Shown in pieces: positions 1 through 9,818 of a stretch of 64,000 nt of DNA. The translations under genes were made by a program, and so were the position numbers. The notes beneath the pieces are model-generated. The model ran no database searches, had not been told where the DNA came from, and saw nothing but the letters and a program-made list of their open reading frames with translations. The stretch comes from Alphaproteobacteria bacterium (GTDB lineage Bacteria; Pseudomonadota; Alphaproteobacteria; SP197), in the NCBI GenBank assembly GCA_965228895.1, contig OZ245842.1:3392001-3456000 (forward strand), read 5' to 3'. Position 1 is the stretch's first letter. Each line of letters starts with the position of its first letter.

Positions 1-694
1 TACGGGGAACGTTGTTTCGCGGGTCAAAGGTGTACCAGCTGCCGCCGAGATAGGCCTCGAACCAGGCAGCAAAGTCGCCGGGCGCATGGGGCGGCGGCGT
101 TCCGACATCGCCGAGATAGCCCGTGCAGTATCGCGCGGGGATGTTCAATGCCCGGCAAAACGCCACGGCCAGATGGGTGAAGTCGCGGCATACGCCGTGG
201 CGCTCCTCATAGGCTTCGAAAGCTGTCCGGGTCGCCCGCGCGCGTTGGTAATCGAACGTGATGTGGTCGTGGACAAAATCGCAAATTCCCTGGACACGCG
301 GCCATCCCGGCTCCAGCGAACCGAACAAGGTCCACGCCAAATCAAGCAGCCGGTCGCTTTCGCAATAGCGGCTCCCCAGAAGAAACACCAAGGCCTCCTC
401 GGGAAGATCCTCGACCGGGATTTGTCTGGCCCCCGCCACGACCGGATCAGCCTGACCGGTGTCTCGGATGATGGAATCCGATGAGATCGAGACATGACCG
501 GCCGGGGCGACAATTCTGGTGCACCAGTTGCCGAACACATCGCGATAGCCTGCAACGGGAACGGTCGGGTTGACCACGATATGGTCTGGCGACAGGAGAT
601 CGGAAGCGCGCGTGAAATGAACGTTCAGCATCAGGATAACCGGCGTCGGCTGGGGGAAGACGTAGCCGATCTTGTAGCCGACACGCAGCTTCAT
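1..694 (-). CDS. Transglutaminase-like family protein (runs off window edge)
   Basis: Not in ORF track. Manual minus-strand translation gives MKLRVGYKIGYVFPQPTP...GVCRDFTHLAVAFCRALNIPARYCTGYLGD...FAAWFEAYLGGSWYTFDPRNN, the typical transglutaminase core. Confidence 0.88.
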   Translation of the reverse strand, partial: MKLRVGYKIGYVFPQPTPVILMLNVHFTRASDLLSPDHIVVNPTVPVAGYRDVFGNWCTRIVAPAGHVSISSDSIIRDTGQADPVVAGARQIPVEDLPEEALVFLLGSRYCESDRLLDLAWTLFGSLEPGWPRVQGICDFVHDHITFDYQRARATRTAFEAYEERHGVCRDFTHLAVAFCRALNIPARYCTGYLGDVGTPPPHAPGDFAAWFEAYLGGSWYTFDPRNNVPR

Positions 695-729
695 CTCGCT
701 CCCCTGCGGCGACAGGCCGTCCGGTGACA

Positions 730-930
730 TCACGGTAGCGCGCATTGATCACCTGCTTTCTTGTACGGCCGATCGCATTCCCAACCGGTACCGAGACTAT
801 CGGAACTGGCGTTGGCGGGGATCTCGGCTGAGGCAACTTGAGCGCTTACGGAACCAGGCGTTGCTACGACAAGGATCAAGAACAAAAGTTGGGCTCCGAA
901 AGTCGTCAATAGCCTTCGTCCGTTAGGCAT
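730..930 (-). CDS. Small secreted Cys-containing protein (66 aa)
   Basis: GAGGA RBS, signal-peptide-like N-terminus, mature part IPANA...GWECDRPYKKAGDQC. Confidence 0.55.
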   Translation of the reverse strand: MPNGRRLLTTFGAQLLFLILVVATPGSVSAQVASAEIPANASSDSLGTGWECDRPYKKAGDQCALP

Positions 931-1133
931 GATGGGTTCCTCGTTGTTTTCTGGCCCGCTTCCGACGGATCCACAGGGCTCCTTCGGCGCGACTAAGTGT
1001 TTGGCCGCGCATCATCACGACTGACGCCGCATCGCGGCCAAGCATCAACGCAACGATTTGACCGGCTGATTATCCTGTGCGCGGTCACGAGGGCCTTCGG
1101 CACCACATGGGGCGACGTTCGCTGCCTTGTCTA

Positions 1134-1245
1134 CTACGTAAATAATATTTCGTAGATATTTGCCTTGTTGCAACAATCATTGCTGCAACAATAATTAGCG
1201 TGACATCTTTACTATATACTAGAAAATTGCCGTATACAAACGGCA
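1134..1245. promoter_or_regulatory. AT-rich regulatory region with several palindromes
   Basis: TTGTTGCAACAA (1165-1176), near-copy TTGCTGCAACAA (1180-1191), TGCCGT-N6-ACGGCA (1228-1245), CTACG...CGTAG (1134-1155). Confidence 0.5.
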
Positions 1246-1409
1246 TCGATAAATTTTGATAAACACCTTTCTATGTTTGTATTCAGGCCATTACCAGGTC
1301 TTTCGGATCGACGGATTTCAACAGCGCGCCGGGCCTATCGGTAGGGTCCGTGAAACCGACCTTCCGGCGACCGCCGGAATCCTATGACAGCATTCCGCGA
1401 CATCGCGCA

Positions 1410-2351
1410 CTAGACGTCAAACAGCTCTAACGCGAGTTCGTCGAGTGATCCGACATCATGAAGCGGAAATCGGGCGGCTATGGGTTCAAAGACATCCATC
1501 GTTCGGTGCTGTTCTAATCCGATTGCCTGGCGATAGAGCGCCATGCCCAATGCCTGGCGGGGGAAACTGCCAGTCACCGGCCAGTCGCTGGCATCCAGGA
1601 ACGTCCGAAACAACGCCTTGTCGCATGCGAACATGTCGCGATAGAGCTGGATCAACTCGTAATGACGGTCAGTCGCCAACGCATCGCCCCAATCGATGAT
1701 CCCAGTCAAACAGCCCTGGTCGACGAACACGTGATTGGCGCAGAGATCGCCACGCACAAATACGCAATCAAAGGACTCCATCTGTGCGATGAACCGGTCG
1801 ACCTGCGCGACCAGATGATGCGGCAGAGAGCTTTGTTCGGCGGCAGCCGCAACATCCAGCGGATGCCAGTCTTGGCTCGATTCCATGCCTGCTGGAGATA
1901 GGGCGTGGATGCGGCGCACCTGTTTGCCCAAGTCTTCAGCGAGCGTGTGCCATGCCTGTTTGGACAGTGCCGCATCGCATGACGCGACCCCAGCCACACG
2001 TGACGTGACCAGGTAAGGCCAGGCAGCGTCCGGGTCATCGAACAACCGGCCTTGGGCCAAGAGGCCCGGCGCCGCAATCTCCCGTTCGTCGGCAACAGCT
2101 GTCATGGCCGCGCGTTCGCCGGCAAAACTTCGACGCCAAGCGCTGGCGTATCCGAACAGCTTCACGACCACATCGCCACAAAGAAACGTCGGATAGGTCG
2201 GGTTGGACCCCGCCCATAGCACTGCGCGGTCGTCCAGATCATGGCGCCTGAGAACCTCTGTAATATACGGGGACCAAAAAGTATCATCGCCAAGACGCAC
2301 AACATAGTCGCTATCTGACACGAAACCGGGTGGCGTCATCATCGACTGCAA
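1410..2351 (-). CDS. Aminoglycoside phosphotransferase (APH/choline kinase-like) family protein
   Basis: VVVKLF, WPYLV, Brenner-type (R)GDLxxNH and GIIDWGD motifs. Confidence 0.8.
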   Translation of the reverse strand: MQSMMTPPGFVSDSDYVVRLGDDTFWSPYITEVLRRHDLDDRAVLWAGSNPTYPTFLCGDVVVKLFGYASAWRRSFAGERAAMTAVADEREIAAPGLLAQGRLFDDPDAAWPYLVTSRVAGVASCDAALSKQAWHTLAEDLGKQVRRIHALSPAGMESSQDWHPLDVAAAAEQSSLPHHLVAQVDRFIAQMESFDCVFVRGDLCANHVFVDQGCLTGIIDWGDALATDRHYELIQLYRDMFACDKALFRTFLDASDWPVTGSFPRQALGMALYRQAIGLEQHRTMDVFEPIAARFPLHDVGSLDELALELFDV

Positions 2352-2547
2352 CTCCTGGCGTCTGCTTGCGCGTCAAGAGCGCGGACTGATACCCGATTGA
2401 AACATATTTGGTCGTTCAGCGCTAAATCCCGGGGTTGATCCGACATAGACGGCCCTTATCTTTACGCCACATTTGCCGCCATTCATCTCGAACGGCCGCT
2501 TGCCACGCCATGACGCCGTGGCGGCGACACAGTCAAAGGGGGTTTTT

Positions 2548-3627
2548 ATGACGTCTTCAGGTATTCGCACGACCAATGGCCGCGGCCGGCGGTTCGACAG
2601 CGTGCTCGACACCATCGGCGACACGCCGGTCATCCGGGTCAACAATCTGGGACCCGATCACGTCACCATGTATGTGAAGGCCGAGGCCTTCAACCCGGCC
2701 GCGTCGGTCAAGGATCGCCTGGCCGTCAACATCATCGAAGCCGCCGAGCGCGACGGCACATTGAAACCCGGTCAGACCGTCGTTGAGGCGACCAGCGGCA
2801 ACACCGGCATCGGTCTTGCCATGGTGTGCGCGCAGAAAGGTTATCCGCTTGTCGTCACCATGGCCGACAGTTTCTCGATCGAACGGCGCAAGCTGATGCG
2901 CATGCTGGGCGCCAAGGTTGTCTTGACGCCGCGCGCCCAAAAAGGCTTCGGCATGTACCAGAAGGCGGTCGAGTTGGCCGAAGCCAACGGCTGGTTTCTG
3001 GCCCGCCAGTTTGAGACAGACGCCAACGCCGACATTCATGAAACCACGACCGCGCGCGAGATCATCGCCGATTTCGACGGCGAGCGGCTCGACTATTTCG
3101 TCACCGGTTACGGCACCGGCGGCACCGTCAGCGGCGTCGGCCGCGTCCTGCGCAAGGAGCGCCCGGAGACCAAGATCATCCTGACCGAACCGGCCAACGC
3201 CCAGCTTGTCGGCAGCGGCCACGCCCAGGAACGCAATGCCGAAGGCGCGCCGGCAGCAAGCCATCCCGCGTTCGAGCCCCATCCGATCCAAGGCTGGACG
3301 CCGGATTTCATCCCGCTGGTGTTACAGGAATCCCTCGACAACAAATTCCACGACGATCTGATCCCCGTGCCCGGCCCCGAAGGCATCAAGTGGGCGCAGG
3401 AACTGGCGGCCAAGGAAGGCATCTTCACCGGCATTTCCGGCGGATCGACCTTTGCCGTCGGTGTCACGGTCGCCGAGGCGGCCGAACCCGGCTCGGTCAT
3501 CCTGTGCATGCTGCCCGATACCGGCGAGCGCTACATGACGACGCCGCTGTTCGACGACATTGCCGAGGACATGGACGAGGAAGAACTGGCGTTGTCGAAA
3601 TCGACGCCCGGTTTCCAGATGGACTAA
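2548..3627 (+). CDS. cysK: PLP-dependent cysteine synthase family protein
   Basis: FNPAASVKDR (PLP Lys), EATSGNTG, GYGTGGT, PDTGERY; ATG 2548 follows AAGGGGG. Confidence 0.9.
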   Translation: MTSSGIRTTNGRGRRFDSVLDTIGDTPVIRVNNLGPDHVTMYVKAEAFNPAASVKDRLAVNIIEAAERDGTLKPGQTVVEATSGNTGIGLAMVCAQKGYPLVVTMADSFSIERRKLMRMLGAKVVLTPRAQKGFGMYQKAVELAEANGWFLARQFETDANADIHETTTAREIIADFDGERLDYFVTGYGTGGTVSGVGRVLRKERPETKIILTEPANAQLVGSGHAQERNAEGAPAASHPAFEPHPIQGWTPDFIPLVLQESLDNKFHDDLIPVPGPEGIKWAQELAAKEGIFTGISGGSTFAVGVTVAEAAEPGSVILCMLPDTGERYMTTPLFDDIAEDMDEEELALSKSTPGFQMD

Positions 3628-3658
3628 GCGAACATTCGCCCGCTGGAGTGGCGCGGCG

Positions 3659-4225
3659 TCAGTTCTGCGCTTTTTCGTGATAGAGGCGGCGGGCTTCGCC
3701 AATCTCGTCGATCGACATCTGAAGCGACAGCGTCTCACGATGGTCGACGGCGGCGCTGAAGCCGCCCGCCGCGGCCAGGTCGAACCACATATAGGCGCGC
3801 ACCAGATCCTGCGGCACACCGTCGCCGCGTTCGTACATCAAGGCCAGCATGTGCTGGGCGCGCGCGTTGTTCTGTTCGGCAGCCAGTTCGAACAACCGCG
3901 CAGCCTCGACGAAATCATGCTGCGGGCTTGCGCTGTTCAAATGCATGGTTGCCAGTTTGAACTGCGCCTCGGGAACGCCACGTTCGGCGGCGGACTGGAA
4001 CAGCGCGACCGCCTTGGCATGATCGAGCGGCATGCCGCGTCCGGTATAGTACTTCATGGCGAGGTCGTATTGGGTGCGCGGGTCGACATCGTCGTGAACG
4101 ACCGTATCGCTGACGGCGGCCTGTACCGTACCGGTGCCGGCGACATCGTTGCGCGTACCCTGTGGATCGGCCCACGCCGGCGCCGCAATACAACCAAGTA
4201 AGATCATCAGAGCCAACCGCTGCAT
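3659..4225 (-). CDS. Secreted Sel1-like repeat protein
   Basis: Signal peptide MQRLALMILLGCIAAPAWA; three Sel1 repeats (AQFKLATM, AQHMLALMYERGDGVPQD, AYMWFDLAA). Confidence 0.85.
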   Translation of the reverse strand: MQRLALMILLGCIAAPAWADPQGTRNDVAGTGTVQAAVSDTVVHDDVDPRTQYDLAMKYYTGRGMPLDHAKAVALFQSAAERGVPEAQFKLATMHLNSASPQHDFVEAARLFELAAEQNNARAQHMLALMYERGDGVPQDLVRAYMWFDLAAAGGFSAAVDHRETLSLQMSIDEIGEARRLYHEKAQN

Positions 4226-4419
4226 GCCGGCCTCGTGATTTCTGCGCGACCCCTCGAAAGAGCCGCCTAGCGCCCGCAACTGTTGTCTAACGCACGGCCC
4301 GATTCGTCTGTGACGGGCCGCACGATCGTGTCGAATCGAGAGGCCTGTGGCTCGTCGAACATCGCGCAAAGCCTCGATTTCACGGATTCCGGCGTTGATT
4401 GTCTGGTAATGGCAATCGA

Positions 4420-4911
4420 TCACATCGCCAGGACGATCAGCGTCACGATGCCCCAGATGGCGGCCAGGAAGTGGGTCATCTGGCCGTGGGTGCCGTGCCA
4501 GTACTGGAACCACTGACCGCCGATCAGAAAGGCTGCCCAAATCATGATGAAGCCGAGCACGGCAAGGATGGCGAGCGTGCTGGCCCCATTCTGAGTGACC
4601 ACACCGGTCATCGCCAGCAACAGCCCAAGACCGCCCAGCCAGAGCGCCAGCGCGACCATACATTCGCACGCAACGATCAGGGCGAAGACCCGGCGTACGG
4701 TCTGCGGGTTCTCGATACGGCGCCACGCGACCATCTTGTAAATCTCGGGTTCGTGCTCGGCGAGTGTCTCCAGCCGCAACACCCGGCCGACGTCGTCGCG
4801 GTTGATGGACGGATAACGCAAATTGTCGAGCGCGCCCAGGCTCAGCCACGCGGCCTGCGCCAGTACCAACACCATCTGCGCGATCTCGATCGCCAGTCCC
4901 TGCATCGCCAT
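4420..4911 (-). CDS. DUF2165-family membrane protein
   Basis: Four hydrophobic segments; WRRIENP and IGGQWFQYW motifs. Confidence 0.7.
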   Translation of the reverse strand: MAMQGLAIEIAQMVLVLAQAAWLSLGALDNLRYPSINRDDVGRVLRLETLAEHEPEIYKMVAWRRIENPQTVRRVFALIVACECMVALALWLGGLGLLLAMTGVVTQNGASTLAILAVLGFIMIWAAFLIGGQWFQYWHGTHGQMTHFLAAIWGIVTLIVLAM

Positions 4912-4980
4912 CCCCTGCAGCCTTCAAGGCAACGTTCGGCGATGGTGCCCAAGTCGGCTGACAGGGACAACCGGCTTTGA

Positions 4981-5439
4981 TCAGACAATTTTCTCCGGCA
5001 GCCCGCGTCCGTCGTTCCACCAGCGATGGGGGTTGTCGCTGTTGGGATCGTACGCGGTCCGGCTCGCCCAGTCCTCGCGCACGAAAATGGCCGGCTGTTC
5101 GTAATGATGCACATAAAGGATGGCATCCATGACCCGCTCCAGCGCCGCACGGTCGCGCTCGATCGAAATCTTGAGCTCGACCATCGGATAGGTTTCGGTC
5201 TGGCCCGCCTGGAACCCCGCGACATGGGTCGTGGTTGTCGAACCGGCTGCCGGCTGCGTCGTCTCCTTGCCGGTGGCCGAGATGCTGGCAGTACGCTGGT
5301 AGCGGCCATAACTCAGCGGGTGGACCGCCATGACCGCGTCCAAGATGCGGTCGGTATCGTCGGGCCGCGTCTGGATCTCAAGGGTCCAGACCGGGATCAG
5401 CGTTCCCGATTGCGCCTTGTAGTCGGCAAGTTCGCTCAC
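4981..5439 (-). CDS. Conserved hypothetical protein (PII/NIF3-insert-like fold)
   Basis: PLSYGRY and HHYEQPAI motifs; GTG start follows AAGGA. Confidence 0.65.
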   Translation of the reverse strand: MSELADYKAQSGTLIPVWTLEIQTRPDDTDRILDAVMAVHPLSYGRYQRTASISATGKETTQPAAGSTTTTHVAGFQAGQTETYPMVELKISIERDRAALERVMDAILYVHHYEQPAIFVREDWASRTAYDPNSDNPHRWWNDGRGLPEKIV

Positions 5440-5517
5440 GGCAGTCGTCCTTAAGTCGTGACGTCGAACGAGCATCCTGCCACGAACCTCCTGACACCCC
5501 TGTGTCAGGAATGGATG

Positions 5518-5988
5518 TCAGTCTTTGGCGCGCAGGGGCGACCCGTCGCGATGGGTGAAGCTGTGGCCGGACTTGGTCTTGGTCAGCAGCAGATCGAGAT
5601 CGCTATAGTAACAGTGGCCCTCTGGCGACCGCGTGCCGACGACAAGGTAAGTCGCCGGTTTGTCGCTTTTGTTCGTGACATGATGGCCGTTCGGGTCGCC
5701 GGCCTTGAAGGCGGCGGCGTCGCCGGGCTGCATCGTGTGCTCGCCGTCGTCGTCGACCAGCACCAGTTCGCCTTCCAGCAGATAGAGGAACTCGTCCTCG
5801 TCATCGTGCCAATGGCGGTGCGACGACGTCGAAGCCGGGTAAAGCACCTCCAGGGTGACACCGAACTGGGTCAAGCCGCCCGCATCGCTAAGCGGCCAAC
5901 CTTGATAGCGGCCCAGTTGGCCGTCAAACGGTGCGGGATAGTCGCCGCCTTCTTGTACCTCGACATCGCGTTGTCGAATCACCGGCAT
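5518..5988 (-). CDS. Cupin domain protein
   Basis: GGLTQFGV, SSHRHWHDDEDEFLYLLEGE, FKAGDPNGHH. Confidence 0.9.
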   Translation of the reverse strand: MPVIRQRDVEVQEGGDYPAPFDGQLGRYQGWPLSDAGGLTQFGVTLEVLYPASTSSHRHWHDDEDEFLYLLEGELVLVDDDGEHTMQPGDAAAFKAGDPNGHHVTNKSDKPATYLVVGTRSPEGHCYYSDLDLLLTKTKSGHSFTHRDGSPLRAKD

Positions 5989-6156
5989 AAGGTATCTCCA
6001 GGACTGAGGGCGCGGCAGCGCCGGCATAGGTGCGCTTCCGGCACCGTTCTGTCAACGCGCGCGCCAAGGCGCCTGGGCGCGGCGATTACAGACGGCCCTT
6101 GCTCCACGACGCCATGTTTGTTTAGGTCTGAACCACGCAACAGACGAGGGTGGGCC

Positions 6157-7002
6157 ATGACCGACTCCAAACGCTTTGATCAGGTGACGGATTTTTACGA
6201 CACCCACCCGATCAACGAGCATCAGATCATCGAAAAACTTGAACGTGACGGCATCAATCTCAACGCTCTAAGCGAAGACGAGCTTCAGGCCTACGACCAG
6301 GACCACTATGGCGGCCTTGCGGCCAACGACAGACTGGCCGAACTTGCTGATATCACGGCATCAACGCACGTTTTGGACGTCTGCTGTGGTATGGGCGGGC
6401 CGGCACGCTACCTCGCCCACAAGTACGGCTGCCGCGTCACGGGAAACGATCTGACCCAGAGCCGGGCCGACGGTGCGACCAGGCTGAGCGCGATGGCAGG
6501 TCTCGACGACCGTGTCACCTTTCGCCAAGGCAACGCGCTCGATCTGGCGTTCGCCGACGGCACCTTCGACGTTGTGATCAGTCAGGAATCGTTCTGCCAC
6601 ATCCCCGACAAGGACCGGCTGATCGCCGAATGCGTGCGCGTTTTGAAACCCGGCGGGCGCATGGCTTTCACCGATATCCTGACGACCGCCACCACCAGCC
6701 CGGCGGCGCTGGAACGCGTTTCAAGAGAGCTGATGTTCGCCGAACTCAGTTCGCTCGACGCCTATCGTCGACGCTTCACCGAGAACGGCTGTGAGATTGA
6801 GTCCGTTGAGGACCTCAGCGACGAGTGGCACGCCATCCTCGTCGACCGTCTGGCAATGTACCGCAGCCTGGAAGACCAGACCGTCTCCAGTTTCGGTCAG
6901 GCGCATTTTGATAAATGGGACAGCGCCTACGCCTTCTTTGTCGGACTCTATGAGACCGGCGACTTGGGTGGTGGCCGCATACTCGCCCGTCGCGGTCAGT
7001 GA
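6157..7002 (+). CDS. SAM-dependent methyltransferase (sarcosine/dimethylglycine N-methyltransferase-like)
   Basis: DQDHYGG, VLDVCCGMGGPARYLA, RVLKPGG; start reassigned to MTDSK. Confidence 0.85.
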   Translation: MTDSKRFDQVTDFYDTHPINEHQIIEKLERDGINLNALSEDELQAYDQDHYGGLAANDRLAELADITASTHVLDVCCGMGGPARYLAHKYGCRVTGNDLTQSRADGATRLSAMAGLDDRVTFRQGNALDLAFADGTFDVVISQESFCHIPDKDRLIAECVRVLKPGGRMAFTDILTTATTSPAALERVSRELMFAELSSLDAYRRRFTENGCEIESVEDLSDEWHAILVDRLAMYRSLEDQTVSSFGQAHFDKWDSAYAFFVGLYETGDLGGGRILARRGQ

Positions 7003-7229
7003 CAGTCGCGGCAGCGCTTTTGGCGCATCCGATCCGGCTTTTCTGTGGAACCCGCGTTGGCCGGCAGGTCGAAAGCATCCTGCGGCACCAGATCGTCGCG
7101 CGCCACACCGAGCGGCGCCGTGATGCCGTCGAGACCGTCGGCCCAAGGCGAACCATCGCCATCCACATTGGCCGAGGCAGGGAAAGCCACCAGCAGTGCC
7201 ATCAAGGGCCAACCTGCCAGACGGTTCAT
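6996..7229 (-). CDS. Small secreted protein with C-terminal CxxCH (77 aa)
   Basis: AGGAGG RBS just upstream of ATG; signal peptide ending PASA; C-terminus KRCRDCH-stop. Confidence 0.6.
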   Translation of the reverse strand: MNRLAGWPLMALLVAFPASANVDGDGSPWADGLDGITAPLGVARDDLVPQDAFDLPANAGSTEKPDRMRQKRCRDCH

Positions 7230-7302
7230 GAACGCCTCCTGTCCGATGCCAATGCCATCCCCATCACTACGCCCTACGCGGCCGAACGGATGAGGCCATC
7301 GT

Positions 7303-8154
7303 TCAGTCGCCTTCCGCCGGGCGGCGGCGCAGCATGATGGTCGCGACCACCGCCATGTAGAGGCCCGACAACAAGAAGGCGGTCACGGCACCCCAATACA
7401 TGCCCAGCGAATCGAAAACGTAGCTCCCGGCAAGCGCAAAGATCAGCAGGCTGCCGATACCGAACGGGAAATTCTTGATGATCCCGTGCACCTGCCGTTC
7501 GGAATAGGTCACGTGCACGATCAGCAACACCGGGTAGAGCGTGATCGGGAAACCGGACAGCAGGCCCGACCAGGCTTCACCGATCACGTCCGCAAGCCCG
7601 GTTATCGCCAGCACAATGGCCGAGGCGATCGCCGCGCGCACAACCAGCATCAGAGGCGTCACTGTCACCGCGGCCGCCGTATCAACCTCGACATTTTCGA
7701 TGCCGCGGAAAACCACAATGGCCATGCCCATGACGACCAGTGTCACCACGGTCAGAACCCAGCGGTCCTGTGGCAGGAGCGCCAGGATGCTCGCGAACAC
7801 CAGGAAGGCCACCATCGACAGCAGTGACGTCAAAAAGGCGTTCCACAACACCGGCGCGCCCCGGACTTTCCAATAGGAAAACCAGTGAACCAGCGACCCG
7901 CCGAGGAACTTCGAGATCTGCCAATAGGCGAAACAAAAGACCAGGGCAGCACTCAGGCCGCCGATCGTCGAGGTCGACGCGACAGCGGCAAACTCCGGTC
8001 CCTGCTCGATCCCGATGAAAAACAGGCTGACGGCGATGCCAAGCGGAAGACCTGCCAAAACACCTGCAGTCTTCGGCCCGGCCCGCTCGCTGAGCCACGC
8101 CAGGCCCAGCACCATGGCCGACGTCACAGCGACCTTGATCGCGACCATCAGCAT
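7303..8154 (-). CDS. Multi-pass membrane protein, internally duplicated
   Basis: About 10 hydrophobic helices; repeated motif GPKTAGVLAGLP / GEAWSGLLSGFP. Confidence 0.8.
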   Translation of the reverse strand: MLMVAIKVAVTSAMVLGLAWLSERAGPKTAGVLAGLPLGIAVSLFFIGIEQGPEFAAVASTSTIGGLSAALVFCFAYWQISKFLGGSLVHWFSYWKVRGAPVLWNAFLTSLLSMVAFLVFASILALLPQDRWVLTVVTLVVMGMAIVVFRGIENVEVDTAAAVTVTPLMLVVRAAIASAIVLAITGLADVIGEAWSGLLSGFPITLYPVLLIVHVTYSERQVHGIIKNFPFGIGSLLIFALAGSYVFDSLGMYWGAVTAFLLSGLYMAVVATIMLRRRPAEGD

Positions 8155-8279
8155 CGCGACAGCCCCCTAACCTTATGTCGCCGCCATACTAGTGCGGATT
8201 TGCACCACGTGGCGATTGGGTTACGCCCGTCTCTGTGCGATCACTTACCACCGCCCGTTGTAGCCTGAGGACGTTGATC

Positions 8280-8651
8280 ATGGATCTTGGAAATTTCTCG
8301 GTCAGCCTTGCCGTCAAGGACCTCACGGCATCGCGGACGTTCTACGAAAAACTCGGTTTTCAGGTTATCGGAGGCGACGCCGACCAGGGCTGGCTCATCC
8401 TGCAATGTCCAAGCTGCGTGATCGGCCTGTTCCAAGGCATGTTCGAAAAGAACACGCTCACCTTCAATCCAGGCTGGGACACGGCGGGACAAACGCTCGA
8501 CACGTTTACCGATGTGCGCGACATCCAGAAATCGCTGAAGGCGGACGGCATCACGCCGCTCAGCGAGGCCGACGAAACGACTTCGGGACCCGCGAGCTGC
8601 ATGGTCATTGATCCCGACGGCAACCCCATCCTGATCGACCAGCACGTCTAA
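8280..8651 (+). CDS. VOC/glyoxalase family protein
   Basis: [20 protein letters not shown]; [13 protein letters not shown]. Confidence 0.9.
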   Translation: MDLGNFSVSLAVKDLTASRTFYEKLGFQVIGGDADQGWLILQCPSCVIGLFQGMFEKNTLTFNPGWDTAGQTLDTFTDVRDIQKSLKADGITPLSEADETTSGPASCMVIDPDGNPILIDQHV

Positions 8652-8660
8652 GCCGTCCCT

Positions 8661-9818
8661 CTAGGGCGACGATTCCAAAGGCGACAGCGAAGCGCGGAAG
8701 CGCCCCACGAAGCCCGCGACATCGGGCTCCATGCAAACGATGACCCAGGCGCCGCTTGCCATGTCTCTGACCAACTCGCCGGCATTGGCGGTTGCCAGGT
8801 GACGGCGCGGCTCGCCACGCCAGTTCGTCGCCGGAAAGTCGCCTGCTGTGCCGGGATAGGACCAGCCGGTGTCCGACATGTCGGCCACGACGCGAAGCGG
8901 CAGAAGCGCGAAGTCGCACACCGACGCGTCCAGCGCCACGCTCGCCGTCAGCGGATCCCAGAAATAGAACCCACCGGATTGGATGTCGCCACTCAGCACA
9001 TCGTGCGCCCACCGCGCCGGCGCCGTTTCGATGCCATCGAAGATCTCTCCGGCGAGCGTCGCATCGACCGGCACATGATTGGTCGCGTCCAGCGGCACCA
9101 GGCGGATCGACACTCCGGAGGAAAACACCGCATCCGCCGCGACCGGATCCAGAAAGATGTTCCACTCCGCAACGCTGTTTACTGGCATGGCGCTGTCACT
9201 GGGATCACTGACATTGCCGGACACATAGACCGCGCCGCCCATGACGACGATCTGGCGCACCTTGTCGACCATGTCGGGCGCCTTGTCGAAGGCGAGCGCG
9301 ATGTTGGTCAGCGGTCCAATAGCGAGGATCGCAATAGGTTCGTCGGCCCCGCGCAGCGTCTCGATGATCAGGTCGACGCCGCCGCGCGGATCAGGCATCG
9401 CCGATGACATCGGCAACGGCTCGAAGTTCTCAGGCGCCGACGCGTCGCGCCATGCCGGCGGCATGGCATGGAACCCGTCGAGCGGACTGGTCGCCCCGCA
9501 CGCGACGGGAATGGCGCCGTCCTCGCCGGTGGCGAACATCACCAGCGCCAGCGCCGTCGCCTCAACCTCGGGACACCGTCCGACACCGTCGCCGACGATG
9601 CTGATCGCCAGGACATCAATATCGTCATGACCCAGGACATACAGCAGCGCCATCCAGTCTTCCGGGCCCATATCGGTATCGATGATCCAGGTCTCGGCGG
9701 GTCGCGCATCCCCATCGCTCGTCTGGGCCGCCGCTTCGCCGATGAGGCCTATGGCCGCAACCCACAGACAGACGAGAACAACCGCGACTGCGCTGCGCTG
9801 AAGGTGCTTGTCGGCCAT
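8661..9818 (-). CDS. Nucleoside hydrolase (IU-NH family), probably exported
   Basis: IIDTDMGPED, GPLTNIALA, MGGA, AEWNIFLDP, VPLDAT, WDPL; N-terminal signal peptide. Confidence 0.88.
   Translation of the reverse strand: MADKHLQRSAVAVVLVCLWVAAIGLIGEAAAQTSDGDARPAETWIIDTDMGPEDWMALLYVLGHDDIDVLAISIVGDGVGRCPEVEATALALVMFATGEDGAIPVACGATSPLDGFHAMPPAWRDASAPENFEPLPMSSAMPDPRGGVDLIIETLRGADEPIAILAIGPLTNIALAFDKAPDMVDKVRQIVVMGGAVYVSGNVSDPSDSAMPVNSVAEWNIFLDPVAADAVFSSGVSIRLVPLDATNHVPVDATLAGEIFDGIETAPARWAHDVLSGDIQSGGFYFWDPLTASVALDASVCDFALLPLRVVADMSDTGWSYPGTAGDFPATNWRGEPRRHLATANAGELVRDMASGAWVIVCMEPDVAGFVGRFRASLSPLESSP

Noticed and set aside
86-836. Track ORFs 86-484, 145-555, 447-836 and 494-727
   Set aside because: Shadow frames of the transglutaminase-like gene, which the track missed because it runs off the window
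975-1105. Two GCCGAAGG motifs on the minus strand resembling the glycine riboswitch core
   Set aside because: The flanking GGAGA and CTCAGG/CTCTGG elements are not present and the downstream gene is unrelated
4226-5020. N-terminal extension of the 453-aa ORF 3659-5020
   Set aside because: It overlaps the DUF2165 gene in another frame; the Sel1 protein starts at the signal peptide (4225)
5458-6156. Apparent 514-aa methyltransferase fusion
   Set aside because: The first 233 codons are antisense to the cupin gene; the real start is 6157
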